Shown: positions 56,863-64,000 of the stretch, piece after piece
Position numbering within the stretch: the first letter of the stretch is position 1
Layout: every line of letters begins with the position of its first letter
The notes under the pieces: generated by a model
The model's input: the letters and a program-made list of their open reading frames with translations, nothing else
Databases searched by the model: none
What the model was told of the DNA's origin: nothing
Program-made: the position numbers and the translations under genes
Assembly (NCBI RefSeq): GCF_000181795.1
Contig: NW_003526943.1
Location: 6,788,122 to 6,852,121, forward strand
Direction of reading: 5' to 3'
Source: Trichinella spiralis
Taxonomy: Eukaryota
Length of the DNA stretch: 64,000 nucleotides

Positions 56863-58279
56863 GACCTGGATTTTTAGAGTTTAATCAACCCTACACTACA
56901 GAAATGTGTGTAAAATGCCTGTAATATGTTCAAATTTTAACGCAATTTGTTTCAACAAATAGTAGAAATACTTTGATTTATGTCTCATTTTGTAGATACT
57001 ACTTAGTACTTTGTGAATAATTAAACAAATCACATTCATCTACTGATGCTGAGTTTTAATAACATTATTGTATACTCCTATATTTTATTATCTATAACTG
57101 TATTAGTTACAGTTTTAAAGACTGTCAACTAGAATTAAAATTTAGTAAAACTTTGAAAAGTGAACTTCAATAATCCACAGTCTTTTCTATACAGCTAATC
57201 TCAAAAAAGAAGGTTAAAGCATGCAACTAGTAAATTGCAACAGCGGAAAAGTAGCCAAGATCAACACAAATGCTATTGTTAAATTCCAGATAAATGATCA
57301 ATAAATTAATTTAGAATATAATTAGCATACATTTACTGTTTTAAGGACGGCTCAAATACAAACAGCATAAACATCAATTTATATTTTCGACACATAAATG
57401 TTAGATGAACAAAGAGCTCGTGTGTTTTTGCAGAGTGAGAGTTTTCAAATGAAATTCTTCTGGGATGTTATTCTTTATCGATTTTAATTCTTCTCTTTTC
57501 TGTTTTCACTGAGGCAAATTTATGACAAAAGAAAATGTTTTTGACCAGTTTTCATCAACTGCAAATTTTTTTTTGGCAACTGATAAGTAAAAACTACTAA
57601 TCAGACAGAAAATCGTAAGCAGAGTTATAACAGAGGATTTTGAAATAACCGTTAATAAAATGTAACGAAATAACAGTATACGTTTTAGTACAAACTATAA
57701 ACAGATGTAAAGATAAAAGGAATCTGCTGTCGAGGAAAAAGCAATGGAACCTTTCAAATGAAATATTTAAATTTGAATATAAATATAATTTTAGTTTTCT
57801 ACAAAAATTTAAGTTAGAAATATTTGTAATAAAAGGTTTTGACCAGCGTAGCCAATAGAATTCTATGCTCTATAGGCCAATAATAAGTATTTACATATGA
57901 GCAAATCATATAAAAACAAAATAACCAATAAAAAAAAGAACCAATGAAGTTTCTCTGGCATTTTTTGGTACTTATGTAACATTTCATCTATTAAAAAATA
58001 TTGGTTTATTTTTATTAATTTATTTTATTATATATCTATTTTTTCATATTATTTTGTGCTCCGTTTTGTAAACTTTCATTACAATATGCTAACTTTGTTC
58101 TTAAGTATACTTGAATTTCTCAAAGCGTACTGTGACAACTGGACATTGTTTTTATATATTTAGGAAAGTGTGGAAGGCGATCACTGTTTTTCAAATATTT
58201 TTTAAAGCATACTTTATTTTACTTTATTTAATAGAATGAAACATATTGCATGTTTCAGGAAGTTGATTGTAACATAATC

Positions 58280-59402
58280 ATGTCTAATCGTGAACCCTGC
58301 CCCCCAGGTTGCAAAGTCTACATTGGTGGTTTACCTCAGGGTGCAAGCCAAGATGAAGTATGTGCTTTTGAATTTTTTAAAATGTTATAATGAATTTTAA
58401 TTTAGCTGCGTGAGAAATTCGAAGTTTTTGGACCTTTGCGGCATGTATGGGTTGCTCGCAATCCGTGGGGTTTTGCATTTGTAGAATTTGAAGATTCCAG
58501 AGATGCACAGGACAGCATCCGTGAATTAGATCAAACGTAATTTATCTTATTTTTTTATTTCACTTCAAAAAACTGCAACATTTTTTAGTCACTTTGAAAG
58601 TATAGACACTAGTTGTCATTCCACATTTATAAAATTAGATTGTTATTAATTTTTTTACTACGTTTTAGTCATTTATGTGGAGTGAAAGTTACTGTTCAAC
58701 TTTCTCGCGGCCGTCGTCGAAATTCACATTTCAATCGTGATGATCGTTATAAAAGGTGAGGTCAACTGCATGCGACACAACTGTCTGCATTTAATCAGGC
58801 TAAATTTATATTAAAATGTTTTTTTTATTAATGTTAGTTTATTTATGCCCATTGATAAAGCATTTGTTTTTTTCAAAAGTTAGAGATTATAAATTTTAAG
58901 AATCTTTAGGCAGTATAAGTATGTTCGGCGTTTTATCATTAATTTGGCACTTTGCCAAGCTTTACGCGTCATGACACGTCCGACTTCGCCTTACTTCGTC
59001 CCTTTACAACAAATCTACCTTATCCTTTCTTTTTTTGATATTTTGCTCTACTTCGCATGAATATTTCCTCTTGAATGACATACACCGACTTTTATATTGC
59101 ATCGAATGTTTGAAAATGTTTTTGAAGATGTCTTTATTTGGGCGTCTAAAATACTTCCTTCTCATCTTTGCTATTCAGGTCAGTCTTGAGTTCATTTTAG
59201 TAAAGTAAGCACGATAATTTAATTCTGATATTTTATCGTTAGTTGTCATCTTATTTTGAATGTAATTGAATTTTTATATATGTAAATTTTTATCATACAC
59301 TATTACTAATAGTGATTTTTCTTTAGATCTGATTATCGAAATGAAAGATATCAAAATCGATACAATCGGCGCTCTCGATCACCAATGCGACGTCCATATT
59401 GA
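58280..59402 (+). CDS. SR splicing factor, SRSF3/RBP1/RSP-6-like, paralog A (~123 aa, minimal RS tail)
   Basis: Exons 58280-58357, 58406-58536, 58669-58755, 59327-59402: CKVYIGGL...[29 protein letters not shown]...[11 protein letters not shown]...[11 protein letters not shown]. Confidence 0.93.
58910..59178 (+). promoter_or_regulatory. Putative poison cassette exon of SR paralog A
   Basis: tttag|G acceptor, CAG|gtcagt donor, in-frame TGA at 59058-59060, CNYC-rich core. Confidence 0.65.
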
Positions 59403-59850
59403 TAAATGTTCAGGTTTGTTTTGATTATAAAATTTTAACCTTTGAATTTATTTTCATGTTTAGGCGATACAAGAAAATTTTAAGAAGAAATATATATTTG
59501 CCGAATTGTTGTAATCTGTAGTTATTATACTTACTAATGTGAAACATATTTTATAGTATTATAGATGATCAGTTCAGGTTGTGATGATGATATTTTTACT
59601 ATATAAAATAATGGGTAATGTGATGATTGTATCCAATAAGCAGTATTCGTATATTATTTTTCGATACAGCAGAATTGAAGTATATGTTTATTATTAAAAG
59701 TTCATTCATAAACATCTTTTTTGTCTTCCAATTTTTCAGATTATTTTGAGAAATTTCAAGAAAAGCAAAGTAATTTATTGAAAATCAAATATGTCAGGCA
59801 CCATGAAATAAAAAAAAATTTGATGAAAGAAATATCGTGCTGTTGCTGCT

Positions 59851-61109
59851 TCATAGTTCGGATCGAAGTTGATTTAAAATATACTTCTCAAATTTGTCAA
59901 GCCTTCTACGAAGATCCTCCAATTTACGAGACTTCTCTTTGTGTTCAGCCGAAAGCAAATAATTTTCCTTGCCCAATTTCATTTTTGAATTTTCCTTATC
60001 CTGTTCGAAAAAATTCAGTTTTCGAATCTGTACTTCCAGTTGTTGTAGTTCTTGTTTCAACAACTGCTGCCTTTCTGTAGGCAAAGTAGAACGCTGAACT
60101 CGATTCCAAAGTTCGATCACACTCGGTTCAGAGAAATCTTGATCTTGTGCTTTCAACTCAGCATCTTCAACAGTCTTCAAAATCAACTGAAAACCATTCT
60201 GCAAAGCTTTCAATTTTTCTTTCAGCTCGGCCAACTTATTTTCATACTCTTCCAAACCGGTGCTATCACTTGGATGACGTTTTCTTTCGGCAACGTTGGC
60301 AGCCAAAGCTGAAACGTTAGATATATTTATCACAGCAACATAAAATTCTTCGAACTTAACAAATAGCGAAATGGAAATTCCATTTGTGAAAAAACACTGT
60401 GCAACAAGAAAGCAACTTTCTACATCTATATATTACTGTAGAACAAATAAGCGTGACATTAGTGATAACTTTGGAAGAGCAAACAACAGCAAATGTTGAC
60501 ATAAGAAAGTTCACATCTCGCACAGTGTTGAATGGAAAACAAACAAAAATTAATCGAACTTTACTTACCATTATATTCTTGACTTAAAGCATCCTGCTTA
60601 CGAAAAGCATCTTCCAAATTTTGCAGCTCCTGTCCGGCGAGTGACAATACTGCAACTCGATTCCAAAGTTTATTCAGCTTTTTGTCGACAAATCGAGCTG
60701 GAACAACATTGCCCTTTTCCAGTGAAATGTAATTGTTCGCTTTTTCAACGTCCTTCTTCAATTCATTGGCCAAAATTCGCAATTCAGCCGACGTTCCATG
60801 TTCTTGGAGGAAGCGCAACAATTTCAAATCAAATTCTCTCTTCTCCACACTGGCAATGTCTTTTGCAATTTTTTGACTATTCTTTATGTCCATATATTCG
60901 GCATCAAGGGCAAGAATTTTATCAAGCAGCGGGTCCAACTGATCTGCACTGTACGCTCGTTTCAACTTTTGCCATATCAAATTCAACTTCCTTGAACGCA
61001 AAGCGCTCTCCGAAGGATTCGCCGTCACTTCATTCAGTTGTCTTGAATATTTATTCTCTTTGCTTGCTAAAATTGGAAGGAAAAAGGCAAATAGCAATAT
61101 ATATAACAT
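59851..61109 (-). CDS. LRPAP1: Alpha-2-macroglobulin receptor-associated protein (RAP), ER chaperone of LDL-receptor family
   Basis: Signal peptide then NKYS...LRSRKLNLIWQK, FVDKKLNKLWNR, FSEPSVIELWNR. Exons 61109-60569 and 60308-59851. C-terminal RSEL ER-retention-like signal. Confidence 0.9.
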
Positions 61110-62305
61110 TCAAACGCAACAGAAGAAACCAAAGCTGAACAAAACGCTCGGGGAAATTGCTTATCAACTTTACAGACAGGAAGAAAATCAAGTTCATAAG
61201 TTGCAGTGCAGTAAACAAAAAGTTAATTTTATCAAATCGAACAAAGAATAAATGGAAAATCTATGAACTGTTTTCTGTTATTAAAATGTACAATTTTCAA
61301 TAAAAGCAATTTCAGTCCACCGAAATTATGAGGTTTGGTCACCTTCGGTCCCACTGTTCACTTATTGGTCGTTGACCACACTATTTTACTTACATAATAG
61401 TGTATTGTGTATAACTTTGTTTTCTTCACAGTTACTGCACTTGTTGTAGATAAAATACCTACTAACTTGATACGATAACGCAAATGGGTGTAAGATTTGC
61501 TTGAACTGATCTCAGTGCATTTTCTACTTTCACTGGCTGTTTGATGTATTATGTGACATCGAGCTAGAAAAATATGTTCTTCACATTCTCACATTTTAAA
61601 ATAACAAATTAATACCTTTTAAAAACCCGAGTTTAATATTTCCTGTGAAATTTTTGCTACAAATGACATAAGTCATTTCATATAGATGTAATTTAAAAAA
61701 TTATTTTAAAATATTTCGATATTTAAATTTGTTTACTTATTTAAAATAAAAATTATTATAATTTTCAATTCATAAAAATATGAAAAAAATAAGTGTGTTT
61801 AAATTAATATATAACTTGTTCTCAAAGAGGAATAAATCAAATGCCGCATTAAAACTTTTACGATTCTTACAGTATTCTGAAAGGTTAATGACTTAAAGTT
61901 TGTGAATGCAAGTACATCATATTCGATAAAATTCTTTTTATGATAACATTACTTATAATTATATTATTAAATAATTCAATAATATTATTTTTGTGTTCAA
62001 TCGTAAATAAAACTATTTGATTTGTTAGAAAACAGTAATATTACAGTAATATAATTGTGATTTAATTTAAAAGTTCTTATTATTGATATAAAATTGATAT
62101 TTGATTTATTATTTCAGTTTTAAAATAATTTTAATATGTTATTATGCAATAATTTAATGTAAATGAAGATAAAACATATGAACTTGCATATTGTTTGTAA
62201 TTACTGTAACCTTGTCCTGCTGTAAGATTGGACTAATTTTACTTGCTGCGTGTTTGAATTCTTTGATTGATCTTGTTAGTATATTTCATTTGCATTGCGT
62301 ACGTT

Positions 62306-62879
62306 ATGTCTTATCGTGAACAGTGTCCGGCAGATTGTAAAGTTTACGTGGGGGGTTTACCTGAAAGAGCTAGCAGAGGCGAAGTGCGTTATTATTACGT
62401 CAATGAAATTGTTTATTATTATTACAGTCGCACATTTTATAGCTGGAAGAAATATTCGGCCGATTTGGTCCCCTTCGTAATGTTTGGGTGGCACGTCGTC
62501 CATGGGGCTTTGCGTTTGTTGAATTTGAAGATGCGAGAGATGCTATTGATGCTGTTCGGCAGTTAGACGGATCGTGAGTTTTTGCTTTAAACAGTGTTTT
62601 GAATATCAAGTCGATTTTTCATTGCATTTTATTTTAATTTTTCGAATGTTTCAGTATTGTTTTATGGTAATACATTGAATGAATTGTAATAATTCTTTTG
62701 GTAAATATTTGGTGTAAAATGATGTTGTGCACGAGTTTTGGGTTTTATATGCTTAATTGAATTCTATAATTTAGGCGTATGTGTGGCGTCCGGGCGCGTG
62801 TTGAACTTTCTCATGGTCAGCGTCGGAATCGTGGTCCAAGAGGCTACGATGATGAAAGGCGTGGTGGAGATCGACGCAG
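62306..62879 (+). CDS. SR splicing factor, SRSF3/RBP1/RSP-6-like, paralog B (3'-partial; RS exons beyond window)
   Basis: Exons 62306-62383, 62443-62573, 62775-62879: DCKVYVGGL...[48 protein letters not shown]. Same RRM intron positions as paralog A. Confidence 0.93.
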
Positions 62880-63304
62880 GTAATTTTATTTTATTTTGCT
62901 TTCAATTCTTAATGAAATAGTTAAACGACCCTTATTTGAATATGACAACAGAATGAGTTACGGTGCGATGTTTATATGTAAAAAGTTTTAGTATTGAGAA
63001 GTAGAGTTTATACTTACTTCATTCTTCGAACAGAAAGTAACCAGAAAAATCCATGATGGAGTAGAATGAATTATACGAAGTTAATTAGTTTAAATTAATT
63101 TTTTTGAATAATAAATTAATGAAGTTTATTTTTTGGAGAAATTTTTATTATCGGTTATTGTGTAACGAAATTGAGGTTAAATTGTCACATTATGTATTTA
63201 GCTTAATAAAAAATAGTAGTAGTAGTTGTAGTAGTAGAAGTCTTTTTCCGGGATAGTCGTTTTAAGGGTGGAAATATCCATCCGTTATAATTCCTTCTTA
63301 TTAG

Positions 63305-63784
63305 TTGATCATGATTCATCTTAAAGACTTCACGCTTCTCCATCGTTCATATCGAGATAGCGGCCCATGCATTCAGCTAGCGGCAATTTGGTCAGTCCAG
63401 TTGTTGATTAAGGTCTTCAGCGTCGCGTCGGATTTCACCCACTTTCACAGCTTCTTTCATCCTACTACACAGCGCCGAACTGCAATGAAAAGTTGCAGTC
63501 GGTGAAAATGCGTGGGCGTGTGTCTGTGTGTCTGTGTGTATAAAATGTCTGTGTGTGTCAGTGTGCTTCGGTTCGAAATATTAGCTGCAACAACGGATAC
63601 ATACTGTTCGCGCGTTACAACTGCTATGCCTTCTCAACTGCTGTGCTCTTCTCCGCGACGTCGGTTTTTCAACATACTTCATCGCGATTGATTGCGGCCG
63701 TCTTGGCTTTTGGCTCTTCGCTAACTCTTCCTCACGTCCCCAACGCACACATCTCAACTGCTCGTGCCATCAGTTGTCTTTTGG
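63305..63784 (+). promoter_or_regulatory. Putative poison cassette exon of SR paralog B
   Basis: cttcttattag|T acceptor gives AG+T then TGA (63306-63308). G|gtaaga donor at 63785. Dense CTTC/CATC/CGTC/CAAC motifs. Confidence 0.65.
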
Positions 63785-64000
63785 GTAAGACCTACGTTGG
63801 CTGTTGCACAAAAAAATCCTCTGCGGAGATTGTTTTCGGGGAACGTTGTTTTCGTTCTAATGTTGTTTTATACGTATAAATATGTATGTATGTATGTGTA
63901 TGTATGTATTTCTTTTTTTGTATTCAAAATGCATGAAATTACGTTGGTAAAAAAGAGAATTTTATTTTTCAAAATATTTGTGTAAACGAAAAAAGATGCC

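Overview
AT-rich, intron-dense eukaryotic genomic DNA with short (about 50-70 nt) GT-AG introns and three 10-N assembly gaps. It is most consistent with a nematode, probably Trichinella; this is inferred from gene content, intron style and the FLYWCH-MULE family, not from a database search. Genes assembled by hand from splice sites, in order: 3' part of a ClC-3/4/5-type Cl-/H+ exchanger (+), an LC8-type dynein light chain (+), a truncated RBBP6-like zinc-knuckle gene (-), an RS-domain cyclophilin (+), an intronless TTBK/CK1-family kinase (-), a nephrin/SYG-2 gene (+), an orphan ~102 aa secreted twin-CX3C protein (-), a GKAP/DLGAP gene (+), and two SRSF3/RBP1-like SR paralogs (+) flanking LRPAP1/RAP (-). 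Mobile DNA: dead MULE (two near-identical copies), two solo-LTR-like elements, Gypsy 3' end plus LTR, BEL/Pao RNase H relic, TIR/MITE ends and a possible hAT relic. Most notable: (1) both SR paralogs carry a CNYC-rich, stop-containing cassette (poison) exon at the same intron position; (2) the intergenic DNA holds heavily deleted 'ghost' gene copies largely missed by the ORF track, best supported for MSH6 and weaker for cadherin, DEG/ENaC and a TGF-beta-receptor-type kinase. All homology calls are from remembered family motifs; no searches were run.
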